The translations under genes and the position numbers were made by a program. The notes beneath the pieces were generated by a model. It saw nothing but the letters and a program-made list of their open reading frames with translations, searched no databases and was not told where the DNA came from. Positions 7,194 to 19,100 of a DNA stretch of 64,000 bases are shown piece by piece. Source of the DNA: Eledone cirrhosa (lineage: Eukaryota); contig OZ024742.1 in assembly GCA_964016885.1 (NCBI GenBank), positions 374,852,001-374,916,000 of the forward strand, written 5' to 3'. Position 1 is the stretch's first letter. The number at the start of each line of letters is the position of its first letter.

Positions 7194-10100
7194 TAGGGGC
7201 ATTGACAGTGTCTGGTGACCCTACAGGGTGGTAGGGGCATTGACAGTGTCTGGTGACCCTACAGGGTGGTAGGGGCATTGACAGTGTCTGGTGACCCTAC
7301 AGGGTGGTAGGGGCATTGACAGTGTCTGGTGACACTACAGGGTGGTAGGGGCATTGACAGTGTCTGGTGACCCTACAGGGTGGTAGGGGCATTGACAGTG
7401 TCTGGTGACCTTACAGGGTGGTAGGGGTTTTGACAGTGTCTGGTGACCCTACAGGGTGGTAGGTGTATTGACAGTGTATGGTGACCCTACAGGGTGGTAG
7501 GGGTATTGACAGTGTCTGGTGACACTACAGGGTGGTAGGAGCATTGACAGTGTCTGGTGACACTACAGGGTGGTAGGAGCATTGACAGTGTCTGGTGACA
7601 CTACAGGGTGGTAGGGGCATTGACAGTGTCTGGTGACACTACAGGGTGGTAGGAGCATTGACAGTGTCTGGTGACCCTACAGGGTGGTAGGGGCATTGAC
7701 AGTGTCTGGTGACCCTACAGGGTGGTAGGGGCATTGACAGTGTCTGGTGACCCTACAGGGTGGTAGGGGCATTGACAGGGTCTGGTGACCCTACAGGGTG
7801 GTAGGGGCATTGACAGTGTCTGGTGACCCTACAGGGTGGTAGGGGCATTGACAGTGTCTGGTGACCCTACAGGGTGGTAGGGGTATTGACAGTGTATGGG
7901 GACCCTACAGGGTGGTAGGGGTATTGACAGTGTATGGTGACCTTACAGGGTGGTAGGGGTATTGACAGTGTCGGTGACCTTACAGGGTGGTAGGGGTATT
8001 GACAGTGTATGGTGACACTACAGGGTGGTAGGGGCATTGACAGTGTCTGGTGACCCTACAGGGTAGTAGGTGTATTGACAGTGTATGGTGACCTTACAGG
8101 GTGGTAGAGGCATTGACAATGTCTGTAGGGGTATTGACAGTGTCTGGTGACCTTACAGTGTGGAAGGGGTATTGACAGTGTCTGGTGACCTTACACGGTG
8201 GTAGGGGCATTGACAGTGCCTGGTGACCCTACAGGGTAGTAGGGGTATTGACAGTGTCTGGTGACCCTTAAGGGTAGTAGGTGTATTGACAGTGTATGGT
8301 GACCTTACAGGGTGGTAGGGGCATTGACAGTGTCTGGTGACCCTACAGGGTGGTAGGGGTATTGACAGTGTCTGGTGACCTTACAGGGTGGTAGGGGTAT
8401 TGACAGTGTATGGTGACATTACAGGGTGGTAGGGGTATTGAGAGTGTCTGGTGACATTACAGGGTGGTAGGGGTATTGACAGTGTCTGGTGACCTTACAG
8501 GGTGGTAGGGGTATTGACAGTGTCTGGTGACCTTACAGGGTGGTAGGGGTATTGACAGTGTATGGTGACCCTACAGGGTGGTAGGGGTATTGACAGTGTC
8601 TGGTGACCTTACAGGGTGGTAGGGGTATTGACAGTGTATGGTGACCTTACAGGGTGGTAGGGGTATTGACAGTGTATGGTGACCCTACAGGGTGGTAGGG
8701 GTATTGACAGTGTCTGGTGACCTTACAGGGTGGTAGGGGCATTGACAGTGTCTGGTGACCTTACAGGGTGGTAGGGCTATTGACAGTGTATGGTGACCTT
8801 ACAGGGTGGTAGGGGTATTGACAGTGTATCGTGACCTTACAGGGTAGTAGGGGTATTGACAGTGTATGGTGACCTTACAGGGTGGTAGGGGTATTGACAG
8901 TGTATGGTGACCCTACAGGGTGGTAGGGGTATTGACAGTGTCTGGTGACCCTACAGGGCGGTAGGGGCATTGACAGTGTATGGTGAACTTACAGGGTGGT
9001 ACGGGTATTGACAGTGTATCGTCACCCTACAGGGTGCTAGGGGCATTGACAGTGTATGGTGACCCTATAGGGTGGTAGGGGCATTGACAGTGTATGGGGA
9101 CCCTACAGGGTGGTAGGGGTATTGACAGTGTATGGTGACCTTACAGGGTGGTAGGGGTATTTACAGTGTCGGTGACCTTACAGGGTGGTAAGGGTATTGA
9201 CAGTGTATGGTGACCAACAGGGTGGTAGGGGCATTGACAGTGTATGGTGACCTTACAGGGTGGTAGAGGCATTGACAATGTCTGTAGGGGTATTGACAGT
9301 GTCTGGTGACCTTACAGTGTGGAAGGGGCATTGACAGTGTCTGGTGACCCTACAGGGTGGTAGGGGCATTGACAGTGTCTGGTGACCCTACAGGGTGGTA
9401 GGGGCATTGACAGTGTCTGGTGACCCTACAGGGTGGTAGGGGCATTGACAGTGTCTGGTGACACTACAGGGTGGTAGGGGCATTGACAGTGTCTGGTGAC
9501 CCTACAGGGTGGTAGGGGCATTGACAGTGTCTGGTGACCTTACAGGGTGGTAGGGGTTTTGACAGTGTCTGGTGACCCTACAGGGTGGTAGGTGTATTGA
9601 CAGTGTATGGTGACCCTACAGGGTGGTAGGGGTATTGACAGTGTCTGGTGACACTACAGGGTGGTAGGAGCATTGACAGTGTCTGGTGACACTACAGGGT
9701 GGTAGGAGCATTGACAGTGTCTGGTGACACTACAGGGTGGTAGGGGCATTGACAGTGTCTGGTGACACTACAGGGTGGTAGGAGCATTGACAGTGTCTGG
9801 TGACCCTACAGGGTGGTAGGGGCATTGACAGTGTCTGGTGACCCTACAGGGTGGTAGGGGCATTGACAGTGTCTGGTGACCCTACAGGGTGGTAGGGGCA
9901 TTGACAGTGTCTGGTGACCCTACAGGGTGGTAGGGGCATTGACAGTGTCTGGTGACCCTACAGGGTGGTAGGGGCATTGACAGTGTCTGGTGACCCTACA
10001 GGGTGGTAGGGGTATTGACAGTGTATGGGGACCCTACAGGGTGGTAGGGGTATTGACAGTGTATGGTGACCTTACAGGGTGGTAGGGGTATTGACAGTGT

Positions 10101-13100
10101 CGGTGACCTTACAGGGTGGTAGGGGTATTGACAGTGTATGGTGACACTACAGGGTGGTAGGGGCATTGACAGTGTCTGGTGACCCTACAGGGTAGTAGGT
10201 GTATTGACAGTGTATGGTGACCTTACAGGGTGGTAGAGGCATTGACAATGTCTGTAGGGGTATTGACAGTGTCTGGTGACCTTACAGTGTGGAAGGGGTA
10301 TTGACAGTGTCTGGTGACCCTACAGGGTGGTAGGGGCATTGACAGTGTCTGGTGACCCTACAGGGTGGTAGGGGCATTGACAGTGTCTGGTGACCCTACA
10401 GGGTGGTAGGGGCATTGACAGTGTCTGGTGACCCTACAGGGTGGTAGGGGTATTGACAGTGTATGGGGACCCTACAGGGTGGTAGGGGTATTGACAGTGT
10501 ATGGTGACCTTACAGGGTGGTAGGGGTATTTACAGTGTCGGTGACCTTACAGGGTGGTAAGGGTATTGACAGTGTATGGTGACCAACAGGGTGGTAGGGG
10601 CATTGACAGTGTATGGAAACCTTACAGGGTGTTAGGGGCATTGACAGTGTCTGGTGACCCTACAGGGTGGTAGGGGTATTGACAGTGTCTGGTGACCCTA
10701 CAGGGTAGTAGGTTTATTGACAGTGTATGGTGACCTTACAGGGTGGTAGAGGCATTGACAGAGTCTGTAGGGGTATTGACAGTGTCTGGTGACCTTACAG
10801 GGTGGAAGGGGTATTGACAGTGTCTGGTGACCTTACAGGGTGGTAGGGGTATTGACAGTGTCTGGTGACCCTTAAGGGTAGTAGGTGTATTGACAGTGTA
10901 TGGTGACCTTACAGGGTGGTAGGAGTATTGACAGTGTATGGTGACCCTACAGCGTGGTAGGGGTATTGACAGTGTCTGGTGACCTTACAGGGTGGTAGGG
11001 GCATTGACAGTGTCTGGTGACCCTACAGGGTGGTAGGGGTATTGACAGTGTCTGGTGACCCTATAGGGTAGTAGGGGCATTGACAGTGTCTGGTGAACCT
11101 ATAGGGTAGTAGGGGCATTGACACTGTCTGGTGATCCTACAGGGTGGTAGGGGCATTAACAGTGTCTGGTGACCCTACAGGGTGGTAGGGGCATTGACAG
11201 TGTATGGTGACCTAACAGGGTGGAAGGGGTATTGACAGTGTCTGGTGACTTTACAGGGTGGTAGGGGCATTAACGGTGTATGGTGACCTTACAGGGTGGT
11301 AGGGGTATTGACAGTGTCTGGTGACCTTACAGGGTGGTAGGGGTATTGACAGTGTCTGGTGACCCTATAGGGTGGTAGGGGCATTGACAGTGTCTGGTGA
11401 CCTTACAGGGTGGTAGGGGTATTGACAGTGTCTGGTGACCTTACAGGGTGGTAGGGGTATTGACAGTGTCTGGTGAGCCTATAGGGTGGTAGGGGCATTG
11501 ACAGTGTCTGGTGACCTTACAGGGTGGTAGGGGTATTGACAGTGTCTGGTGACGCTATAGGGTGGTAGGGGCATTGACAGTGTCTGGTGACCCTATAGGG
11601 TGGTAGGGGCATTGACAGTGTCTGGTGACCTTACAGCGTGGTAGGGGTATTGACAGTGTCTGGTGACCCTACAGGGTGGTAGAGGTGTTGACAGTGTATG
11701 GTGACCCTAAAAGGTGGTAGGGGTATTGACAGAGTCTGGTGACCCTATAGTGTGGTAGGGGTATTGACAGTGTCTGGTGATCTTACAGGGTGGTAGGGGC
11801 ATTCACAGTGTCTGGTGATCTTACAGGGTGGTAGGGGCATTCACATTGTATGGTGACCCTACAGGATGGTAGGGGTATTGATAGTGTCTGGTGACCTTAC
11901 AGAAAGGTAGGGGCATTGACAGTGTCTGGTGATCTTACAGGGTGGCAGGGTTATTGACAGTGTATGGTGACCTTACAGGGTGGTAGGGTTATTGACAGTG
12001 TATGGTGACCTTACAGGGTGGTAGGGGTATTGATAGTGTCTGGTGACCTTACAGGATGGTAGGGGTATTGATAGTGTCTGGTGACCTTACAGGATGGTAG
12101 GGGTATTGATAGTGTCTGCTGACCTTACAGGATGGTAGGGGTATTGACAGTGTATGGTGACCCTACAGGGTGGTAGGGGTATTGACAGTGTCTGGTGACC
12201 TTACAGGGTGGTAGGGGCATTGACAGTGTCTGGTAACCTTACATGGTGGTAGGGTTATTGACAGTGTATGGTGACCTTACAGGGTGGTAGGGGTATTGAC
12301 AGTGTATCGTGACCTTACAGGGTGGTAGGGGTATTGACAGTGTATGGTGACCTTATAGGGTGGTAGGGGCATTGACAGTGTCTGATGACCTTACAGGGTG
12401 GTAGGGGTATTGACAATGTCTGGTGACCCTACATGGGCGGTAGGGGCATTGACAGTGTATGGTGACCTTACAGGGTGGTAGGTGTATTGACAGTGTATGG
12501 TGACCCTACAGGGTGCTAGGGGCATTGACAGTGTATGGTGACCCTATAGGGTGGTAGGGGAATTGACAGTGTATGGGGACCTTACAGGGTGGTAGGAGTA
12601 TTGACAGTGTCGGTGACCTTACAGGGTGGTAGGGGTATTGACATTGTATGGTGACCTTACAGGGTGGTAGGGGCATTGACAGTGTATGGTGACCTTACAG
12701 GGTGGTAGGGGTATTGAAAGTGTATGGTGACCTTACAGGGTGCTAGGGGTATTGACAGTGTATGGTGACCTTACAGGGTGGTAAGGGTATTGACAGTGTC
12801 TGGTGATCTTACAGGGTGGTAGGGGTATTGACAGAGTCTGGTGACCTTACAGGTTGGAAGGGGTATTGACAGTGTATGGTGACTTTACAGGGTGGTAGGG
12901 GTATTGACAGTGTATCGTGACCTTACAGGGTGGTAGGGGTATTGACAGTGTATGGTGACCTTACAGGGTGGTAGGGGCATTGACAGTGTCTGGTGACCTT
13001 ACAGTGTGTTAGGGGCATTGACAGTGTCTGGTGACCTTACAGGGTTGTAGGGGTATTGACAGTGTCTGGTGACCTTACAGGGTGGTAGGGGCATTGACAG

Positions 13101-16100
13101 TGTATGGTGACCTAACAGGGTGGTATGGGTATTGACAGTGTCTGGTGACCTTACAGGGTGGTAGGGGTGTTGACAGTGTCTGGTGACCTTACAGGGTGGT
13201 AGGGGCATTGACAGTGTATGGTGACCTTACAGGGTGGTAGGGGTATTGACAGTGTATGGTGACCTTGCAGGGTGGTAGGGGTATTGACAGTGTCTGGTGA
13301 CACTATAGGGTGGTAGGGGCATTGACAGTGTCTGGTGACCGTACAGGGTGGTAGGGGTATTGACAGTGTCTGGTGACCTTACAGGCTGCTAGGGGTGTTG
13401 ACAGTGTCTGGTGACCTTACAGGGTGGTAGGGGTATTGACAGTGTCTGGTGACCCTAGAGGGTAGTAGGGGTATTGACAGTGTCTGGTGACCTTGCAGGG
13501 TGGTAGGGGTATTGACAGTGTCTGGTGACCCTATAGGGTGGTAGGGGCATTGACAGTGTCTGGTGACCGTACAGGGTGGTAGGGGTATTGACAGTGTCTG
13601 GTGACGCTACAGGGCGGTAGGGGCATTGACAGTGTATTGTGACCTTGCAGGGTGGTAGGGATATTGACAGTGTATGGTGACCCTACAGGGTGGTAGGGGC
13701 ATTGACAGTGTAAGGTGACCCTACAGGGTGGTAGGGGAATTGACAGTGTATGGTGACCCTACAGGGTGGTAGGGGTATTGACAGTGTATGGTGACCCTAC
13801 AGGGTGGTAGGGGCATTGATAGTGTCTGGTGACCTTACAGGGTGGTAGGGGTATTGACAGTGTATTGTGACCTTGCAGGGTGGTAGGGATATTGACAGTG
13901 TATGGTGACCCTACAGGGTGGTAGGGGAATTGACAGTGTATTGTGACCTTGCAGGGTGGTAGGGATATTGACAGTGTATGGTGACCCTACAGGGTGGTAG
14001 GGGAATTGACAGTGTATGGTGACCCTACAGGGTGGTAGGGGCATTAACGGTGTATGGTGACCTTACAGGGTGGTAGGGGTATTGACAGTGTCTGGTGACC
14101 TTACAGGGTGGTAGGGGTATTGACAGTGTCTGGTGACCCTATAGGGTGGTAGGGGCATTGACAGTGTCTGGTGACCTTACAGGGTGGTAGGGGTATTGAC
14201 AGTGTCTGGTGACCTTACAGGGTGGTAGGGGTATTGACAGTGTCTGGTGAGCCTATAGGGTGGTAGGGGCATTGACAGTGTCTGGTGACCTTACAGGGTG
14301 GTAGGGGTATTGACAGTGTCTGGTGACGCTATAGGGTGGTAGGGGCATTGACAGTGTCTGGTGACCCTATAGGGTGGTAGGGGCATTGACAGTGTCTGGT
14401 GACCTTACAGCGTGGTAGGGGTATTGACAGTGTCTGGTGACCCTACAGGGTGGTAGAGGTGTTGACAGTGTATGGTGACCCTAAAAGGTGGTAGGGGTAT
14501 TGACAGAGTCTGGTGACCCTATAGTGTGGTAGGGGTATTGACAGTGTCTGGTGATCTTACAGGGTGGTAGGGGCATTCACAGTGTCTGGTGATCTTACAG
14601 GGTGGTAGGGGCATTCACATTGTATGGTGACCCTACAGGATGGTAGGGGTATTGATAGTGTCTGGTGACCTTACAGAAAGGTAGGGGCATTGACAGTGTC
14701 TGGTGATCTTACAGGGTGGCAGGGTTATTGACAGTGTATGGTGACCTTACAGGGTGGTAGGGTTATTGACAGTGTATGGTGACCTTACAGGGTGGTAGGG
14801 GTATTGATAGTGTCTGGTGACCTTACAGGATGGTAGGGGTATTGATAGTGTCTGGTGACCTTACAGGATGGTAGGGGTATTGATAGTGTCTGCTGACCTT
14901 ACAGGATGGTAGGGGTATTGACAGTGTATGGTGACCCTACAGGGTGGTAGGGGTATTGACAGTGTCTGGTGACCTTACAGGGTGGTAGGGGCATTGACAG
15001 TGTCTGGTAACCTTACATGGTGGTAGGGTTATTGACAGTGTATGGTGACCTTACAGGGTGGTAGGGGTATTGACAGTGTATCGTGACCTTACAGGGTGGT
15101 AGGGGTATTGACAGTGTATGGTGACCTTATAGGGTGGTAGGGGCATTGACAGTGTCTGATGACCTTACAGGGTGGTAGGGGTATTGACAATGTCTGGTGA
15201 CCCTACATGGGCGGTAGGGGCATTGACAGTGTATGGTGACCTTACAGGGTGGTAGGTGTATTGACAGTGTATGGTGACCCTACAGGGTGCTAGGGGCATT
15301 GACAGTGTATGGTGACCCTATAGGGTGGTAGGGGAATTGACAGTGTATGGGGACCTTACAGGGTGGTAGGGGTATTGACAGAGTCTGGTGACCTTACAGG
15401 GCGGTAGGGGCATTGACAGTGTATGGGGACCTTACAGGGTGGTAGGAGTATTGACAGTGTCGGTGACCTTACAGGGTGGTAGGGGCATTGACAGTGTATG
15501 GTGACATTACAGGGTGGAAGGGGTATTGACAGTGTATGGTGACCTTACAGGGTGGTAGGGGTATTGACAGTGTATCGTGACCTTACAGGGTGGTAGGGGT
15601 ATTGACAGTGTATGGTGACCTTACAGGGTGGTAGGGGCATTGACAGTGTCTGGTGACCTTACAGTGTGTTAGGGGCATTGACAGTGTCTGGTGACCTTAC
15701 AGGGTTGTAGGGGTATTGACAGTGTCTGGTGACCTTACAGGGTGGTAGGGGCATTGACAGTGTATGGTGACCTAACAGGGTGGTATGGGTATTGACAGTG
15801 TCTGGTGACCTTACAGGGTGGTAGGGGTGTTGACAGTGTCTGGTGACCTTACAGGGTGGTAGGGGCATTGACAGTGTATGGTGACCTTACAGGGTGGTAG
15901 GGGTATTGACAGTGTATGGTGACCTTGCAGGGTGGTAGGGGTATTGACAGTGTCTGGTGACACTATAGGGTGGTAGGGGCATTGACAGTGTCTGGTGACC
16001 GTACAGGGTGGTAGGGGTATTGACAGTGTCTGGTGACCTTACAGGCTGCTAGGGGTGTTGACAGTGTCTGGTGACCTTACAGGGTGGTAGGGGTATTGAC

Positions 16101-19100
16101 AGTGTCTGGTGACCCTAGAGGGTAGTAGGGGTATTGACAGTGTCTGGTGACCTTGCAGGGTGGTAGGGGTATTGACAGTGTCTGGTGACCCTATAGGGTG
16201 GTAGGGGCATTGACAGTGTCTGTTGACCGTACAGGGTGGTAGGGGTATTGACAGTGTCTGGTGACGCTACAGGGCGGTAGGGGCATTGACAGTGTATTGT
16301 GACCTTGCAGGGTGGTAGGGATATTGACAGTGTATGGTGACCCTACAGGGTGGTAGGGGCATTGACAGTGTAAGGTGACCCTACAGGGTGGTAGGGGAAT
16401 TGACAGTGTATGGTGACCCTACAGGGTGGTAGGGGTATTGACAGTGTATGGTGACCCTACAGGGTGGTAGGGGCATTGATAGTGTCTGGTGACCTTACAG
16501 GATGGTAGGGGTATTGATAGTGTCTGGTGACCTTACAGGATGGTAGGGGTATTGATAGTGTCTGCTGACCTTACAGGATGGTAGGGGTATTGACAGTGTA
16601 TGGTGACCTTACAGGGTGGTAGGGGCATTGACAGTGTCTGGTGACCTTACAGTGTGGTAGGGGCATTGACAATGTCTGGTGACCTTACAGGGTGGTAGAG
16701 GTATTGACAGTGTCTGGTGACCTTACAAGGTGGTAGGGGCATTGACAGTGTCTGGTGACCTTACAGGGTGGTAGGGGCATTGACAGTGTATGGTGACCTT
16801 ACAGGGTGGTAGGGGTATTGACAGTGTATGGTGACGCTACAGGGTGGTAGGGGTATTGACAGTGTATGGTGAACTTACAGGGTGGTAGGGGTATTGACAG
16901 TGTATGGTGACCCTACAGGGTGGTAGGGGTATTGACAGTGTCTGGTGACCTTACAGGGTGGTAGGGGCATTGACAGTGTCTGATGATCTTACAGGGTGGT
17001 AGGGGCATTGACAGTGTATGGTGACGCTACAGGGTGGTAGGGGTGTTGACGATGTCTGGTGAACGTACAGGGTGGTAGGGGTGTTGACAGTGTATGGTGA
17101 CCCTATAGTGTGGTAGGGGTATTGACAGCGTCTGGTGACCCTAAAGGGTGGTAGGGGTATTGACAGAGTCTGGTGACCCTATAGTGTGGTAGGTGTATTG
17201 ACAGTGTCTGGTGACCTTACAGAATGGTAGGGGCATTGACAGTGTCTGGTGACCTTACAGGGTGGCAGGGTTATTGACAGTGTATGGTGACCTTACAGGG
17301 TGGTAGGGGTATTGACAGTGTTTGGTGATCCTACAGGGTGGTAGGGGTATTGACAGTGTCTGGTGACCTTACAGGGTGGTAGGGTTATTGACAGTGTATG
17401 GTGACCTTACAGGATGGTAGGGGTATTGACAGTGTATGGTGACCTTACATGGTGGTAGGGTTATTGACAGTGTATGGTGACCTTACAGGGTGGTATGGGT
17501 ATTGACAGTGTCTGGTGACCTTACAGGGTGGTAGGGGTGTTGACAGTGTCTGGTGACCTTACAGGGTGGTAGGGGCATTGAGAGTGTCTGGTAACCTTAC
17601 AGGGTGGTAGTGGCATTGACAGTGTATGGTGACCTTACAGGGTGCTAGGGGTGTTGACAGTGTCTGGTGACCTTACAGGGTGGTAGGGGTATTGACAGTG
17701 TCTGGTGACCCTACAGGGTAGTAGGGGTATTGACAGTGTCTGGTGACCTTGCAGGGTGGTAGGGGTATTGACAGTGTCTGGTGACCCTACAGGGTGGTAG
17801 GGACATTGACAGTGTATGGTGACCTTACAGTGTGGTAGGGTTATTGACTGGGTCTGGTGACCTTACAGGGTGGTAGGGGTATTGACAGTGTCTGGTGACC
17901 TTACAGGGTGGTAGGGGCATTGACAGTGGCTAGTGACGATACAGGGCGGTAGGGGCATGGAGAGTGTATTGTGACCTTGCAGGGTGGTAGGGATATTGAC
18001 AGTGTATGATGACCCTACAGGGTGGTAGGGGCATTGACAGTGTAAGGTGACCCTACAGGGTGGTAGGGGAATTGACAGTGTCTGGTGACCTTACAGGGTG
18101 GTAGGGGTATTGACAGTGTCTGGTGACCCTACAGGGTGGTAGGGACATTGACAGTGTATGGTGACCTTACAGTGTGGTAGGGTTATTGACTGGGTCTGGT
18201 GACCTTACAGGGTGGTAGGGGTATTGGCAGTGTCTGGTGACCTTACAGGGTGGTAGGGGCATTGACAGTGGCTAGTGACTCTACAGGGCGGTAGGGGCAT
18301 GGAGAGTGTATTGTGACCTTGCAGGGTGGTAGGGATATTGACAGTGTATGATGACCCTACAGGGTGGTAGGGGCATTGACAGTGTAAGGTGACCCTACAG
18401 GGTGGTAGGGGAATTGACAGTGTATGGTGACCCTACAGGGTGGTAGGGGTATTGACAGTGTATGGTGACCCTACAGGGTGGTAGGGGCATTGATAGTGTC
18501 TGGTGACCTTACAGGATGGTAGGGGTATCGATAGTGTCTGGTGACCTTACAGGATGGTAGGGGTATTGATAGTGTCTGCTGACCTTACAGGATGGTAGGG
18601 GTATTGACAGTGTATGGTGACCCTACAGGGTGGTAGGGGTATTGACAGTGTCTGGTGACCTTACAGGGTGGTAGGGGCATTGACAGTGTCTGGTAACCTT
18701 ACATGGTGGTAGGGTTATTGACAGTGTATGGTGACCTTACAGGGTGGTAGGGGTATTGACAGTGTATCGTGACCTTACAGGGTGGTAGGGGTATTGACAG
18801 TGTATGGTGACCTTACAGGGTGGTAGGGGCATTGACAGTGTCTGATGACCTTACAGGGTGGTAGGGGTATTGACAGTGTCTTGTGACCCTACATGGGCGG
18901 TAGGGGCATTGACAGTGTATGGTGACCTTACAGGGTGGTAGGTGTATTGACAGTGTATGGTGACCCTACAGGGTGCTAGGGGCATTGACAGTGTATGGTG
19001 ACCTTACAGGGGGGTAGGAGTATTGACAGTGTCGGTGACCTTACAGGGTGGTAGGGGTATTGACAGTGTATGGGGACCTTACAGGGTGGTAGGAGTATTG

